A DNA stretch of 64,000 bases from a virus (lineage: Duplodnaviria > Caudoviricetes), in IMG/VR virus record IMGVR_UViG_3300042477_000769; one strand, given 5' to 3'. Below the pieces are notes generated by a model, which did no database searches, was not told the DNA's origin, and saw only the letters and a program-made list of their open reading frames with translations. Of this stretch, positions 19,219 to 31,125 are shown piece after piece; position 1 is the first letter of the stretch, and each line of letters begins with the position of its first letter. The translations under genes and the position numbers were made by a program.

Positions 19219-20473
19219 AGAAGTAAAATTACCAGTCTCTAAGGAGAGACCAGGAAATAAATTAATTGGATTTGATAAATCTTTCTGTGTGAATAGAGAA
19301 TCAGATTATCTTCCCAAGATAGATGTTAAATCCGAGTTATCTAAATTAACCAACATTTTTGATGATCAGGGTTGTTTTATCGAATCCTTGAATCTCAGAA
19401 TTGATTTTAGATTTGGTCAATTTCATAATTTTACGGCTTACAACAGTAAAGATAAATTTCATCAACATTGTGTCAATCAATTAATTTTACAGAATAATGA
19501 GCCCATGTTAGAGCAATGGGTAATTCAAGACCCGGCTCGTAGGCGAAAAATGTGTAAGAATTCTAATTACTTAGAATTATTTGAAGTAGAATCGGTAGAG
19601 GATTTACAGACGCAAATTCGTCGGGCTGTTGAAGGGTTAGAATATATTTATGATGATGACCAGATTCGGGCCGAGTTAAAGACATTAACTACGAATCCTG
19701 GAGCATTTGATAAAAATACCGCCCATAATAAATGTGTATTAACTTATCAGCCTCATTTTTATCGTCGAGAAAATGCTCTGTATAAATCAGATCCGGAATG
19801 GAGAAGACGATTAATTGACAATTGCAAGGCTTTCTTATATAAGAAAGAGCATCAATTAAATGATAAAGAGATGTTACGTCAAATTAAAATAGCAGGTTTA
19901 CATCAAGGTTTTTCTCATCATTCTTCTTTTTGGATTAAAGCCTTCATTGAAAAATATCAAATTACTTCGATTGGGGATCCCTGTTCTGGTTGGGGTCAAA
20001 GATTAATTGGTGCCTCAGGAATTAAATATATCTCTAATGATATTGATCCTGAAACTATTGCCGGACAACAAAAGATTCAATCTTTATTAGGCAGTGATGT
20101 AACTTTTTATTGTCAAGATGCGGCTACTTTTATCCCCGCAGAAGAATATGAGGCGGTATTTACTTGTCCGCCCTATTTTACTACTGAGATATATTTTGGA
20201 GATCATACCTCTACTGCTAAATATCCTAAATTAGAAGATTGGGTGAATCAATGGTGGGGTCAGGTGATTGATCATTGGTGGAAGCCGACCACTAAATACT
20301 TTGCTTTTGTCATTAATAATGAATATAAAGAACAATTGAAGAAAGTGTGTCAAAATAAACACATGAAATTATTAGAAGAGATACCGGTAGGTAAGCCTAA
20401 TAATTTAAACCACTTTCAGCGCACGGCCAAGAACTCATTTAAAGGTGAGTGGTGTGTTATTTTTTCTCGTTGA
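19199..20473 (+). CDS. Putative amino (N6-A or N4-C) DNA methyltransferase with an unrecognised N-terminal domain
   Basis: SAM-binding DPCSGWGQRL and catalytic-type TCPPY motifs in the C-terminal half; overlaps the end of asnB. Start could be 19142 or 19199. Confidence 0.7.
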   Translation: MTKFLFKEVKLPVSKERPGNKLIGFDKSFCVNRESDYLPKIDVKSELSKLTNIFDDQGCFIESLNLRIDFRFGQFHNFTAYNSKDKFHQHCVNQLILQNNEPMLEQWVIQDPARRRKMCKNSNYLELFEVESVEDLQTQIRRAVEGLEYIYDDDQIRAELKTLTTNPGAFDKNTAHNKCVLTYQPHFYRRENALYKSDPEWRRRLIDNCKAFLYKKEHQLNDKEMLRQIKIAGLHQGFSHHSSFWIKAFIEKYQITSIGDPCSGWGQRLIGASGIKYISNDIDPETIAGQQKIQSLLGSDVTFYCQDAATFIPAEEYEAVFTCPPYFTTEIYFGDHTSTAKYPKLEDWVNQWWGQVIDHWWKPTTKYFAFVINNEYKEQLKKVCQNKHMKLLEEIPVGKPNNLNHFQRTAKNSFKGEWCVIFSR

Positions 20474-21689
20474 AATATTGAGAGCTCCAACTTAATAAAT
20501 AGTCTTTATTATTATGTTCTGGATTTTTTAATATTTCTAAATAACATAACTCTAATATTTTTTTGATTATTGGGCCAGGAGGAAGACCAATGTTGATTAA
20601 ATCATCTCCATTAATCAACATTTGTTTTTTAGAAAAAACAGTATTAGAATAGCGATTTAATATGACAGTAGAAATATTCAATGCATTGGTAAATATCAAA
20701 AACTGATTTAAAGTTGATTGATAATCATCAATGGCATGATTTTTTATGCTGGCGATAAAACTGGTATATAAAGATTTGCTGGGTAATTGTGATAAATTTT
20801 TAAATTTTTCTAATAAATTCAACAGAAACACAATTTTCTTTACTTGTTTATTGGAAAATTTTAATCTAATTAATTCAGAATATACTGTGGAACTGGGCGA
20901 CTGATGAAATAATAAAGCTAATTTAGTTTCTAATTCCCCATAACATTGGTCAATATTGATGTTTAGGATTTTATCCTCTGATAACAGAGGAGAGATGAGT
21001 GGTAAAATTTGAGCTTCTAATAAACACTGCAATCCAATACTAGGAGAAGGGGAAACTAATAATTTAGTTAATTCTTGATTTATTCTTTCTATAGAAAGAG
21101 TTGATAACTTATCTCTCATATATTGCATTGAGAGTAGTGTATCTAAATCAATTTCAAAATTAAGTTGAGCGGATAATCTAGCGGCTCGTAAAATTCTTAA
21201 GGCATCTTCATTGAATCTAGTATTAGGATTACCTACACATTTAATTATTTTTCTATCTAAATCCTCTATTCCTTGGAATGGGTCCACTAAATGATTGGTC
21301 AATGGGTCATAGGCGATGGCATTAATAGTAAAATCTCGTCTTCCTAAATCTTGCTCTATTTTTTGCACAAAGAAGACTTGTTCCGGAAATCTATTATTCT
21401 TATATTGACCATCAATTCTAAAAGTGGTTACTTCTAATGATTCTTTTCCAATTAACACAGTCACAGTACCATGTTTAATGCCAGTAGGAATAGTTTTGTC
21501 AAATAACCTAATAATTTGATTAGGCAATGCATCAGTAGCTAAATCCCAATCTTTAGGGGTTAGACCTAATAATAAATCGCGTACACAGCCTCCGACGATG
21601 AAGGCTTGAAATCCGGCCTGGTTTAATTTTTGACATACTTGGATGGCGGCCGGATTTATTAAATTAGGGGAAAATTTTTTATTTAGCAT
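20457..21689 (-). CDS. cca: CCA-adding enzyme / poly(A) polymerase family tRNA nucleotidyltransferase
   Basis: GGCVRDLLLG, DWDLAT, RRDFTINA, EDALRILRAAR and ERI motifs. Confidence 0.9.
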   Translation of the reverse strand: MLNKKFSPNLINPAAIQVCQKLNQAGFQAFIVGGCVRDLLLGLTPKDWDLATDALPNQIIRLFDKTIPTGIKHGTVTVLIGKESLEVTTFRIDGQYKNNRFPEQVFFVQKIEQDLGRRDFTINAIAYDPLTNHLVDPFQGIEDLDRKIIKCVGNPNTRFNEDALRILRAARLSAQLNFEIDLDTLLSMQYMRDKLSTLSIERINQELTKLLVSPSPSIGLQCLLEAQILPLISPLLSEDKILNINIDQCYGELETKLALLFHQSPSSTVYSELIRLKFSNKQVKKIVFLLNLLEKFKNLSQLPSKSLYTSFIASIKNHAIDDYQSTLNQFLIFTNALNISTVILNRYSNTVFSKKQMLINGDDLINIGLPPGPIIKKILELCYLEILKNPEHNNKDYLLSWSSQYFNEKK

Positions 21690-21695
21690 CTGTTA

Positions 21696-21723
21696 ATAAT
21701 AGATATTTTAAAATTATTGTCAA
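21696..21723 (-). promoter_or_regulatory. Sigma70-type promoter for cca, likely giving a leaderless mRNA
   Basis: Minus strand TTGACA-N16-TATTAT, with the -10 ending 7 nt before the ATG at 21689; no SD present. Confidence 0.55.
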
Positions 21724-21799
21724 GGCACGGTAAAATAATGAGTCAATATTATCTGATAGATAGATAATATTTGTGCATAAGATAGGTATAGGAATCATC

Positions 21800-22555
21800 A
21801 TGGAATTAAAAACACTATCTGAAATCTATCAGCTTATTTCTAAAGCGATGGAGAAAAACTCCGTTAGAAATAATACAATGATACTGAGAAAGAGAAGTTT
21901 AATTGCTTCATTCGCGGAGACCGCTCCAACTTTGAAAAAAGTTGCTTTTGATACTCGTCGAGTAGATCAAGAAAATACCTATATTTCTAGACGTGGATTA
22001 CAAAATTACCATCGTAGTGAAAAGTTTATTTCAGATAAATTATCTCAACAAATTGAAGCTTTTACCAAATTATCTAAAATTTTAGACACTTTAAAACAAC
22101 AATATAGTAAAAATTACGAATGGAATGATAGCTATACTCGTATCCTACATTCTGCTACTCATAAAGCTTTAAGAACTTTAGAAAAAGATGATGATTTTAG
22201 TGATGCTCAGCCTTCGGTTGGTAATTTAACGTATTTAGAAGAATTAATGTATTTAAGATATCGTTTAACTATTGATGATTTATTAAATATGAGTGATGAG
22301 AATCTAAAAAAGGCTATTTTAGATAAAGATGAGTTTTTGACTAGAAACTTTACTCCCGAAGAAGTAACTATTACTCCGACTGATATAAATAACAATAATT
22401 ACCAAGACATGTTTAATAAAATGATGGCTTTAATGACTCAAGCCTTTCAACAACAGCAACAACAAAGCTTAAAAATTGAAGGAGTGGAGAAAAAATTGGA
22501 AGTCAAACATGGTAATAGCGAAGAAAAAGTAATTAATATTACTATTAAGGTGTAA
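21800..22555 (+). CDS. Hypothetical protein
   Basis: AGGA RBS before ATG 21800; helical and Gln-rich near the C-terminus; no family recognised. Confidence 0.6.
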   Translation: MELKTLSEIYQLISKAMEKNSVRNNTMILRKRSLIASFAETAPTLKKVAFDTRRVDQENTYISRRGLQNYHRSEKFISDKLSQQIEAFTKLSKILDTLKQQYSKNYEWNDSYTRILHSATHKALRTLEKDDDFSDAQPSVGNLTYLEELMYLRYRLTIDDLLNMSDENLKKAILDKDEFLTRNFTPEEVTITPTDINNNNYQDMFNKMMALMTQAFQQQQQQSLKIEGVEKKLEVKHGNSEEKVINITIKV

Positions 22556-22560
22556 TTTTA

Positions 22561-23157
22561 ATGGATCAGTTTGCCCCGTTCTTAAAAAGAAATGGTTCTT
22601 TTGTGGTCAGAAATATTACTCCTGATCGTCAAAAGACTATTAAAATTTTTAATTATCCTATTTTATTTAATCAAACTAGAGATTTATTACAAATTCCAGG
22701 AGTTTCCGAACAAGATTTAAGAGCTTCCTTATTAAAAGGAGAATTACGTCATAAAATTTTAGCTCAAGATATTGTGGTAGTTGCTAGTGACATTGATTTA
22801 TTACAATTTAATGATGACCAAAAACAATTTTTACGTGATGCTGGCATTATCAATGGTTTACAAGTTGGGGTGCCACAAATTAATTTCTTACGTCAAGAAG
22901 ATGTTCAATTAATTGGAGCAGTTAATAATATTAATACCGTTTATACTATTCCGACAGGTAAGTTTATCCAAGATGCTACTTTTAAGATTATTGTTTATAA
23001 GAACGGTGTGAAGCAGGTGTTTTTAGATGATTATTTTATTGCTGAAAGTGGTGGGCCAGGTACTGGATATGATACTGTAATTTTTACTATTGCTCCAACT
23101 ACTATCCCTGCTCCAGATGATATTTTAACAGCCGATTATTATATAGTAAACGAATAA
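22561..23157 (+). CDS. Virion structural protein, candidate fibre anchor or head appendage
   Basis: C-terminal GAVNNINTVYT...VYKNGVKQ..DDY...IFTIAP..DDILTADY module is typical of phage fibre/appendage proteins; N-terminus resembles the 43203 ORF. Confidence 0.5.
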   Translation: MDQFAPFLKRNGSFVVRNITPDRQKTIKIFNYPILFNQTRDLLQIPGVSEQDLRASLLKGELRHKILAQDIVVVASDIDLLQFNDDQKQFLRDAGIINGLQVGVPQINFLRQEDVQLIGAVNNINTVYTIPTGKFIQDATFKIIVYKNGVKQVFLDDYFIAESGGPGTGYDTVIFTIAPTTIPAPDDILTADYYIVNE

Positions 23158-24128
23158 TGCTAGCAGACAACGCTTCCCCAGTATCCGAATTTTCGGCAGT
23201 TATCTCTACGCCTCGTAGATTAACGCTAGAGAACGTCTCTCAAAAATTAAAAATTAAACAAATTTCATTAGTGGATTCTATTTTTTTAGGTTTAAAAGTT
23301 AAACATAATTTTCAATGTTTAGCCTGTCACTATCAGTGGACTACTCGTCTGGATGAGGTTTTATACAAATCAGGCTGCCTGAAATGTAGCGGATCGATGC
23401 GAAAAACTCAAGATGAAATAAATGATATTTTAAAGCCTAGGTTTATTGTTGCATTAGAGCAGCACAAAAACAATCAAGATAAAATTAATTTCCAATGTAT
23501 CAAAGAAAATTGTGGGTTTGTTTGGAAATCTTGTGTTGATAAAATTGTCAATGCCAAACATGGTTGTCATAAATGTGCTAATCATCTCAATAGGACTAAA
23601 GAAGAAATTAACGAATTATTGCAATCTAGATCCATTGAATTAATAGATAATCATCAAAAAACGAATGAGCGTCGTTGGTTTAAATGTCATCAATGTCAAC
23701 ATGTCTGGAAAACATTAGTAGCCAATGTTTTGTTTAAAACTGGTTGCCCAGCATGTAAAAATAAAAACGAAAAGTTGTTTAAACAAGAATTATGTCAAAA
23801 TAATTTTAATTTTTATTATCAAGTTAAGCTATCAGATTTAGATACCAGCATTGATAAAAAATATGTAGTAGATTTTTATTTACCAGAATTTAAGACTATT
23901 ATTGAATATAATGGTAAGCAACACTATCAGCCCGTTAAGTTTAATAACATTTCTGACGAACTAGCTATGAAAAATTTTCAACAACAACAAATAAGGGATG
24001 AGTTTGTTAAAAGCTGGTGTAACAATAATAATATCAAATTAATTCAAGTAGATGGTCGTTATATATTCAATAATAAAATAAAAGAATATGTAGCTAAGTT
24101 AGGTAATCAGTTGAGCGGTAATGAGTAA
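23157..24128 (+). CDS. Zinc-ribbon repeat plus PD-(D/E)xK (DUF559/Vsr-like) endonuclease; putative homing endonuclease
   Basis: Three CxxC..W...GCxxC repeats, then [20 protein letters not shown]. Confidence 0.75.
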   Translation: MLADNASPVSEFSAVISTPRRLTLENVSQKLKIKQISLVDSIFLGLKVKHNFQCLACHYQWTTRLDEVLYKSGCLKCSGSMRKTQDEINDILKPRFIVALEQHKNNQDKINFQCIKENCGFVWKSCVDKIVNAKHGCHKCANHLNRTKEEINELLQSRSIELIDNHQKTNERRWFKCHQCQHVWKTLVANVLFKTGCPACKNKNEKLFKQELCQNNFNFYYQVKLSDLDTSIDKKYVVDFYLPEFKTIIEYNGKQHYQPVKFNNISDELAMKNFQQQQIRDEFVKSWCNNNNIKLIQVDGRYIFNNKIKEYVAKLGNQLSGNE

Positions 24129-27100
24129 AATAAATGCCAATCAAATAAAGGGCGTCCCTACTGGCTCCGGAGGCGGAGGAGGCACCGGTCCAACCGGCCC
24201 CCAAGGGCCTCAAGGATCTCCTGGCGCTACTGGACCTCAAGGATTACAAGGTTCTCCCGGTGTTACAGGACCAATTGGGCCTATTGGACCTACTGGCCCT
24301 GCCGGAGGACCTATTGGTCCAACAGGCCCCCAAGGCCCTCAAGGTTCTCCTGGCGTTACTGGACCACAAGGAGCTAATGGTGCTCCAGGAGCTACTGGCC
24401 CTCAAGGTGCGACTGGATTACCTGGACCCACAGGTCCAGCAGGCGCAGCTGGTCAGCCTGGCGCAACAGGTCCTGCAGGAGCCACGGGCCCACAAGGACC
24501 AACTGGAACAATTGGCCCACAAGGACCAACTGGTCCTCAAGGAGCTAATGGTGCTCCGGGCGCTACAGGGCCTCAAGGTGCGACTGGTTTACCAGGGCCT
24601 ACAGGAGCGACTGGCCCAGCTGGAGCCACAGGCCCTCAAGGTGCTACTGGAAGTATTGGTCCACAAGGCCCCACCGGAAGTATTGGATCAACGGGACCTA
24701 CAGGCCCAGCAGGAGCCACTGGTCCAGCCGGAGCTACTGGTCCTCAAGGAGCGACTGGTGTACCAGGACCTACCGGTGCCACAGGACCAGCTGGAGCTAT
24801 AGGTCCACAAGGTCCTACTGGAAGTATTGGCCCACAAGGTCCAACTGGATTACCAGGAACTACTGGAGCGACAGGTCCAGCCGGAGCCACTGGTCCGGCC
24901 GGAGCTACTGGACCTCAAGGCCCAACTGGCTTACCAGGGACTACCGGTGCCACAGGCCCTGCAGGAGCCACTGGCCCACAAGGACCAACAGGATCAATTG
25001 GTCCACAAGGACCGACAGGTAGTATTGGATCAACAGGACCTACTGGTCCAGCTGGAGCGACTGGTGCACCAGGCCCAACTGGTAGTATTGGACCTCAAGG
25101 CCCAACAGGCAGTATTGGACCTCAAGGAGCGACTGGACCACAAGGAGCTACTGGACCACAAGGTATACCAGGTCCTACTGGAGCTACAGGTCCTGCCGGA
25201 GCAATAGGTCCACAAGGACCAACTGGCAGCGTTGGGCCACAAGGACCGACAGGATCTATTGGTTCTACTGGACCAACTGGACCTCAAGGTTCTACAGGAA
25301 GTATTGGGCCTCAAGGCGCAACTGGAAGTATTGGACCACAAGGTCCAACGGGTAGTATTGGAACGACTGGCCCAACTGGACCTCAAGGCCCAACTGGACA
25401 AAGAGGTGCGACTGGTTTACCAGGACCCACAGGAGCTACTGGTCCTGCAGGAGCAGCAGGTCCACAAGGACCTACCGGAAGTATTGGTCCACAAGGCCCA
25501 ACTGGAAGTGTTGGCCCAACTGGATCAATAGGACCTCAAGGACCCACAGGCAGTATTGGACCACAAGGCCCAACGGGCAGTATTGGCCCACAAGGGCCAA
25601 CTGGTCCACAAGGAGCTACAGGATCAATTGGACCACAAGGCCCAACTGGAAGTGTTGGTCCAACTGGATCAATAGGCCCTCAAGGACCTACTGGAAGTAT
25701 TGGACCGCAAGGTCCAACTGGAAGTATTGGTTCTACGGGTCCAACCGGACCACAAGGACCACAAGGGTCACAAGGAGCAACAGGACTACAAGGACCTACC
25801 GGAAGTATTGGACCACAAGGTCCAACTGGTAGTATTGGAACTACAGGGCCAACAGGACCTCAAGGACCAACTGGACAAAGAGGTGCGACTGGATTACCAG
25901 GAACTACTGGTGCAACTGGCCCTGCAGGAGCCACGGGACCACAAGGACCTACTGGAAGTATTGGTCCACAAGGACCGACAGGTAGTATTGGTTCAACTGG
26001 ATCAATAGGTCCACAAGGGCCTACCGGAAGTATTGGTCCACAAGGTCCTACCGGAAGTATTGGTCCACAAGGCCCAACTGGCCCTCAAGGAGCTACAGGA
26101 CAACAAGGAGTAACAGGATTACCAGGACCGACCGGAGCAATTGGTCCTGCAGGAGCCACTGGACCACAAGGATCCACAGGTAGTATAGGCCCACAAGGAC
26201 CTACCGGATCTATTGGTTCAACAGGAGCTACAGGACCACAAGGAGCTACAGGTAGTATTGGGCCTCAAGGACCGACAGGATCAATTGGATCAACTGGACC
26301 TACTGGGCCTCAAGGGCTTCAAGGGGCTACCGGTCCACAAGGATCTACCGGATCAATTGGGCCTCAAGGTCCAACTGGAAGCATTGGTTCTACAGGACCT
26401 CAAGGATCAACTGGACCTCAAGGATCGATCGGGCCTGCAGGAGCTACTGGACCTCAAGGGCCAACAGGATCAATTGGACCACAAGGACCAACAGGCAGCA
26501 TTGGATCGACTGGACCTACTGGTCCACAAGGAGTTCAAGGTGCTACTGGACCAATTGGACCTCAAGGAACTACAGGTCCTCAAGGAGCTACAGGCCCTAT
26601 TGGCCCACAAGGACCAACAGGAGCTATTGGTCCACAAGGGCCTACTGGAAGTATTGGAACTACCGGACCAACTGGGCCTCAAGGACCAACTGGACAAAGA
26701 GGCGCAACTGGTTTGCCTGGCGCTACTGGCCCACAAGGCCCAACAGGCAGTATTGGTTCCACTGGACCAACAGGCCCTCAAGGACCACAAGGTATTCAAG
26801 GCGCTACAGGATCAATTGGACCTCAAGGATCTACTGGTCCTCAAGGCTCTACAGGAAGTATTGGACCACAAGGCCCAACAGGACCTCAAGGCTCTACTGG
26901 AAGTATTGGTCCACAAGGACCGACAGGTAGTATTGGATCTACTGGGCCAACAGGACCGCAAGGGCCTCAAGGCGTTCAAGGACCTACGGGTAGTATTGGT
27001 CCTCAAGGCCCAACAGGCAGTATCGGATCTACAGGCCCAACAGGACCTCAAGGACCACAAGGACCTACAGGCAGTATTGGCCCACAAGGGCCGACAGGTA

Positions 27101-30100
27101 GTATTGGTTCTACTGGACCAACAGGACCTCAAGGGCCAACAGGTCCTCAAGGACCACAAGGAATTCAAGGCGCTACTGGGCCTCAAGGCTCTACTGGCAG
27201 TATTGGCCCACAAGGACCGACAGGTAGTATTGGCTCTACTGGACCGACAGGCCCACAAGGACCGCAAGGTATTCAAGGAGCTACTGGACCTCAAGGCTCT
27301 ACTGGAAGCATTGGTCCACAAGGCCCAACAGGTAGTATTGGATCAACAGGACCGACAGGACCACAAGGCCAACAAGGTGTTCAAGGCGCAACTGGACCTC
27401 AAGGATCTACAGGATCAATAGGTCCACAAGGACCCACAGGCAGTATTGGTTCTACTGGACCAACAGGACCTCAAGGACCCCAAGGAATTCAGGGACCCAC
27501 TGGACCTCAAGGTTCTACAGGATCAATTGGACCACAAGGCCCAACAGGACCAACAGGACCTCAAGGACCACAAGGTATTCAGGGACCTACAGGTAGTATT
27601 GGGCCACAAGGTCCAACTGGCAGTATTGGTCCACAAGGTGTTCAAGGACCCACAGGAAGTATTGGATCTACTGGACCGACAGGACCTCAAGGGCCACAAG
27701 GCGCTACTGGACCTCAAGGTTCTACAGGATCAATTGGACCACAAGGCCCACAAGGACCCACAGGAAGTATCGGATCTACTGGACCTGCAGGAGCTACTGG
27801 CTCACAAGGACCTCAGGGAATTCAAGGAGCAACTGGTCCTCAAGGTTCTACTGGAAGTATAGGATCTACTGGACCAACCGGACCTCAAGGACCACAAGGT
27901 ATTCAAGGGCCCACTGGAAGTATTGGTCCACAAGGTCCAACAGGCAGTATTGGACCACAAGGTATTCAAGGACCAACAGGTAGTATTGGCTCTACCGGAC
28001 CGACAGGACCGCAAGGACCACAAGGTGTTCAAGGTCCTACAGGAAGCATTGGACCACAAGGACCAACAGGAAGTATTGGCCCACAAGGACCAACAGGAAG
28101 TATTGGCTCTACCGGACCGACAGGTCCACAAGGACCACAAGGTGTTCAAGGCCCAACAGGCAGTATTGGATCTACTGGTCCTCAAGGCCCGACAGGTCAA
28201 ATAGGGGCTACTGGTTTGCCTGGCGCTACCGGATCAATTGGTCCACAAGGACCTACCGGAAGTATTGGACCTCAAGGACCAACTGGAAGTATTGGTTCTA
28301 CTGGAGCGACCGGACCCCAAGGCGCCACTGGTCCTCAAGGTGCAACTGGTCCTCAAGGAGCCACTGGTATTCAAGGACCAACAGGACAAAGAGGAGCTAC
28401 TGGAGCCCAAGGAAGTCCAGGCGTAACTGGGCCTGCAGGACCTCCAGGCGCTGGTGGATTTGTTCCAACATATGTACAAGGAGTTGTTTCTGTAACTCCG
28501 CAAGACCAACAACTTGGCCATTTATTTCAAAAATTAAGTGTTAATTCTGGTTTATCAATGCAAATTGCAACAGGTTTACAGCCTACTGCAATTATGAGAT
28601 ATTTAATTAATGAAGCAGCTTCTGGGCAAGGACCAGCAGCCATTATTGATTATGGTATTTCTTCTGGTATGCAGTTAAATATTACGTATGATGGAAGTAA
28701 TCCATCATTCGAAGATACTGTTTATGGTAGAGGAATTCGCTGGAATTCTGCGGTTAATAATGGTATTGCTGATTCAGTATTATTAACTGGAACAAAAATA
28801 GCTTCACAATTAGAAGGAACTCAAAAATTAACAGTTGAAATATTATTAGATAATCAAATTGATACGCCAGACTATAATTTTATTTGCGGATTTACTAATT
28901 CTGATGGAACTACAGATGATTTTAGTATGTATTGCTTCCCATCATTCGCATTACGTGTTGGTTGGAACGGTTCAGATTTTGCCGAATATACTTTGCCTAC
29001 AGGAATTTCTTTATTACAATTAGTCGTTGATTCTACAGAATCTATAGCTAATAATAGATGGCAATTATATATCAATGGAAAATTAGCAGTACCTAATACT
29101 ATTTTAACTCCACCTTCATTAAATCAAACATTAACTTTTAGTCCGACTACTCAATCGTTCCATATTGGTAATTTACCGGCTGGTGCACATGCTTTTGGTG
29201 GAGCCATTTATTATGTTTCAGTATATGGGTATGCTTTAAATAAAGAAGAATTAGATAATAATCTAGTTGGAGTATTTAATAGCAGTGATAAATCACCCAC
29301 AGGTACACGAGAATTCTTAAAAATTGGTGGTGTCTTAGCTACAGCTTCTGGGGCTGGATTATTATCTGTTCAAGATAAAATAAAATTAGATGCCTTACCT
29401 ACAGGCGGCGCTCCGGGAGCTACAGGTCCAACGGGACCCGCTGGACCACAAGGGCCTCAAGGAGTAACTGGTCCAGCTGGTGGTGGAGGATCTGGATCAA
29501 TTGGACCTACCGGACCAACAGGGCCAGCAGGGCCTACTGGACCAGCAGGACCTACTGGATCAATTGGACCAACTGGACCGGCAGGACCCACTATTGTATG
29601 GGGAGAGACAGAAGACTGGGCTACTTTAGAAAGTAAATTAGCAGCAGTTAATTTTAATGCCACTGTTATTGTTAAAGCTGACGGTGGTGGTGGACGAAAT
29701 ATTACTAGTGCCGCCATGAATTGGCGAGGATTAAGATGGGTGAGTAATGAGCCAGAAGGTTCATTAATTAATATCCAAGCAGGAGCTGGTTGGGTATCTA
29801 ATGGTTGCGCTATTATATCAGAAAATATTTTTTGGAGATTTTTCTCCAATACTCAGGTTGCAACGGGCAATTTAACTATTGACGTATATAATGGAGCATT
29901 TAATCTTTCAAATATTAGCACTGTTTCACCATTTGATCTTACTAGCACTGCTGTAGTTAGAATATTTTTTAATAATTGCGATGTAGAAGTTGTATTTAAT
30001 ACTGTTGCACCATTTGCATTAACTGGAGCTAATCCTTCACATGTTATTAATATGTTTAACTCTCGTGTGATTGGTGGAAACTGGTTGTTTTCTATTCCAA

Positions 30101-31050
30101 CAAATGGTCGAGTAAATTTTGTTCATGATTCTAGTTCACGAGTAAGAACTGCCTTAGCTACTGGCGTTGGAACACTAATTAGATATGCTCCCACAGCAAT
30201 GATATCTTGGGCAGATTCAGTTTATTATAATGATCAAACTGTTTCACCTCCTATTATTAGCGGTATTAGTTCAGGACCCTCAGTTCAAGCCGCTATTGAT
30301 CAGCTAAAAAATAGATTTATTACCGGCCCCACTGGACCTGCCGGAGCCACGGGTCCCCAAGGAGCCACGGGTCCCCAAGGAGCTACAGGACCAACTGGAG
30401 CAATTGGTCCACAAGGCGCCACTGGAGTACCTGGAGTGGCCGGAGCCTCTGCGGTTTGGATTTTAGAAGAAGGCGCCACTATTGGATTATTTAATACTAT
30501 TAATTTAGGTGGTGGATTACACGCCTCTACCGGACCAGCAGTAAATACCGTTACTATTAATCCATTGCATGATTTTGCCATTCTCGGCAGAACGGGCTCT
30601 CCCTATATTACTAGCGGGGTAGCTTCAGGAGCTATGATTCAATGGAATTATCAGATAATAGGACCCACTGGTGGTGATTTTAGTCATACGACTATTGCTA
30701 CCGCAGCTGGATGGATTACCTTCCAAAAAGGCGGTTGGTATGAAATTGATTACTCTTTAAACTTTACTGGCCCAGTACAAGCTGCAGGCGGCTTGATGTC
30801 TAGTTGTTTTATTGGAGCTACTGGAGGGAATGGTCGATTTGGATTTGGTTCGGGAACTATTATTCCACAATCGGTGGCAATTGGTGTGGTACCCTCAGGT
30901 TGGTTAAGTCAAAGCTTTATGACCTATATTCCTTCTGGTAGGAGTATGCAAACTTACATTCAACGATATCCTACCGTATTAATTTCCGGAATCAGCGGCA
31001 TTGCTATTTCACCTACAGGCACTAAATTATCTATTAAAAGAATCGGATAA
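24121..31050 (+). CDS. Giant collagen-like fibre protein (about 470 G-X-Y triplets, LamG-like domain, further short collagen tracts, C-terminal BclA-C/C1q-like domain)
   Basis: [12 protein letters not shown] triplets over about aa 20-1440. [31 protein letters not shown] is LamG-like; [17 protein letters not shown] is TNF/C1q/BclA-C-like. Confidence 0.85.
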   Translation: MSKINANQIKGVPTGSGGGGGTGPTGPQGPQGSPGATGPQGLQGSPGVTGPIGPIGPTGPAGGPIGPTGPQGPQGSPGVTGPQGANGAPGATGPQGATGLPGPTGPAGAAGQPGATGPAGATGPQGPTGTIGPQGPTGPQGANGAPGATGPQGATGLPGPTGATGPAGATGPQGATGSIGPQGPTGSIGSTGPTGPAGATGPAGATGPQGATGVPGPTGATGPAGAIGPQGPTGSIGPQGPTGLPGTTGATGPAGATGPAGATGPQGPTGLPGTTGATGPAGATGPQGPTGSIGPQGPTGSIGSTGPTGPAGATGAPGPTGSIGPQGPTGSIGPQGATGPQGATGPQGIPGPTGATGPAGAIGPQGPTGSVGPQGPTGSIGSTGPTGPQGSTGSIGPQGATGSIGPQGPTGSIGTTGPTGPQGPTGQRGATGLPGPTGATGPAGAAGPQGPTGSIGPQGPTGSVGPTGSIGPQGPTGSIGPQGPTGSIGPQGPTGPQGATGSIGPQGPTGSVGPTGSIGPQGPTGSIGPQGPTGSIGSTGPTGPQGPQGSQGATGLQGPTGSIGPQGPTGSIGTTGPTGPQGPTGQRGATGLPGTTGATGPAGATGPQGPTGSIGPQGPTGSIGSTGSIGPQGPTGSIGPQGPTGSIGPQGPTGPQGATGQQGVTGLPGPTGAIGPAGATGPQGSTGSIGPQGPTGSIGSTGATGPQGATGSIGPQGPTGSIGSTGPTGPQGLQGATGPQGSTGSIGPQGPTGSIGSTGPQGSTGPQGSIGPAGATGPQGPTGSIGPQGPTGSIGSTGPTGPQGVQGATGPIGPQGTTGPQGATGPIGPQGPTGAIGPQGPTGSIGTTGPTGPQGPTGQRGATGLPGATGPQGPTGSIGSTGPTGPQGPQGIQGATGSIGPQGSTGPQGSTGSIGPQGPTGPQGSTGSIGPQGPTGSIGSTGPTGPQGPQGVQGPTGSIGPQGPTGSIGSTGPTGPQGPQGPTGSIGPQGPTGSIGSTGPTGPQGPTGPQGPQGIQGATGPQGSTGSIGPQGPTGSIGSTGPTGPQGPQGIQGATGPQGSTGSIGPQGPTGSIGSTGPTGPQGQQGVQGATGPQGSTGSIGPQGPTGSIGSTGPTGPQGPQGIQGPTGPQGSTGSIGPQGPTGPTGPQGPQGIQGPTGSIGPQGPTGSIGPQGVQGPTGSIGSTGPTGPQGPQGATGPQGSTGSIGPQGPQGPTGSIGSTGPAGATGSQGPQGIQGATGPQGSTGSIGSTGPTGPQGPQGIQGPTGSIGPQGPTGSIGPQGIQGPTGSIGSTGPTGPQGPQGVQGPTGSIGPQGPTGSIGPQGPTGSIGSTGPTGPQGPQGVQGPTGSIGSTGPQGPTGQIGATGLPGATGSIGPQGPTGSIGPQGPTGSIGSTGATGPQGATGPQGATGPQGATGIQGPTGQRGATGAQGSPGVTGPAGPPGAGGFVPTYVQGVVSVTPQDQQLGHLFQKLSVNSGLSMQIATGLQPTAIMRYLINEAASGQGPAAIIDYGISSGMQLNITYDGSNPSFEDTVYGRGIRWNSAVNNGIADSVLLTGTKIASQLEGTQKLTVEILLDNQIDTPDYNFICGFTNSDGTTDDFSMYCFPSFALRVGWNGSDFAEYTLPTGISLLQLVVDSTESIANNRWQLYINGKLAVPNTILTPPSLNQTLTFSPTTQSFHIGNLPAGAHAFGGAIYYVSVYGYALNKEELDNNLVGVFNSSDKSPTGTREFLKIGGVLATASGAGLLSVQDKIKLDALPTGGAPGATGPTGPAGPQGPQGVTGPAGGGGSGSIGPTGPTGPAGPTGPAGPTGSIGPTGPAGPTIVWGETEDWATLESKLAAVNFNATVIVKADGGGGRNITSAAMNWRGLRWVSNEPEGSLINIQAGAGWVSNGCAIISENIFWRFFSNTQVATGNLTIDVYNGAFNLSNISTVSPFDLTSTAVVRIFFNNCDVEVVFNTVAPFALTGANPSHVINMFNSRVIGGNWLFSIPTNGRVNFVHDSSSRVRTALATGVGTLIRYAPTAMISWADSVYYNDQTVSPPIISGISSGPSVQAAIDQLKNRFITGPTGPAGATGPQGATGPQGATGPTGAIGPQGATGVPGVAGASAVWILEEGATIGLFNTINLGGGLHASTGPAVNTVTINPLHDFAILGRTGSPYITSGVASGAMIQWNYQIIGPTGGDFSHTTIATAAGWITFQKGGWYEIDYSLNFTGPVQAAGGLMSSCFIGATGGNGRFGFGSGTIIPQSVAIGVVPSGWLSQSFMTYIPSGRSMQTYIQRYPTVLISGISGIAISPTGTKLSIKRIG
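24181..28452 (+). repeat. Collagen-coding 9-bp-period imperfect tandem repeat
   Basis: GGN-NNN-NNN periodicity with diversified synonymous codons; recurring units GPTGSIGPQ and GATGPQ. Confidence 0.95.
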
Positions 31051-31125
31051 TTTAAATCTCCTTGCTATATAAGTAAGGAGTATAATTGACTGCCTTGGGA
31101 AGTCAATTTAATAAATGGAAGTGCC

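Noticed and set aside
24121-24240. GC-rich start of the collagen gene as another endonuclease-adjacent recoded patch
   Set aside because: Gly/Pro codons are GC-rich regardless, so the signal is confounded; the upstream neighbour's 3' end (22981-23040, 15/60) shows no patch.
24181-28452. Possible CRISPR array or satellite
   Set aside because: No constant repeat with unique spacers; the periodicity is explained by G-X-Y codons in one ORF.
24260-28521. Many overlapping ORFs in alternative frames and on the minus strand within the collagen gene
   Set aside because: Shadow ORFs caused by the stop-poor 9-bp periodic repeat; no RBS and nonsensical LDHK/VLQ repeats.
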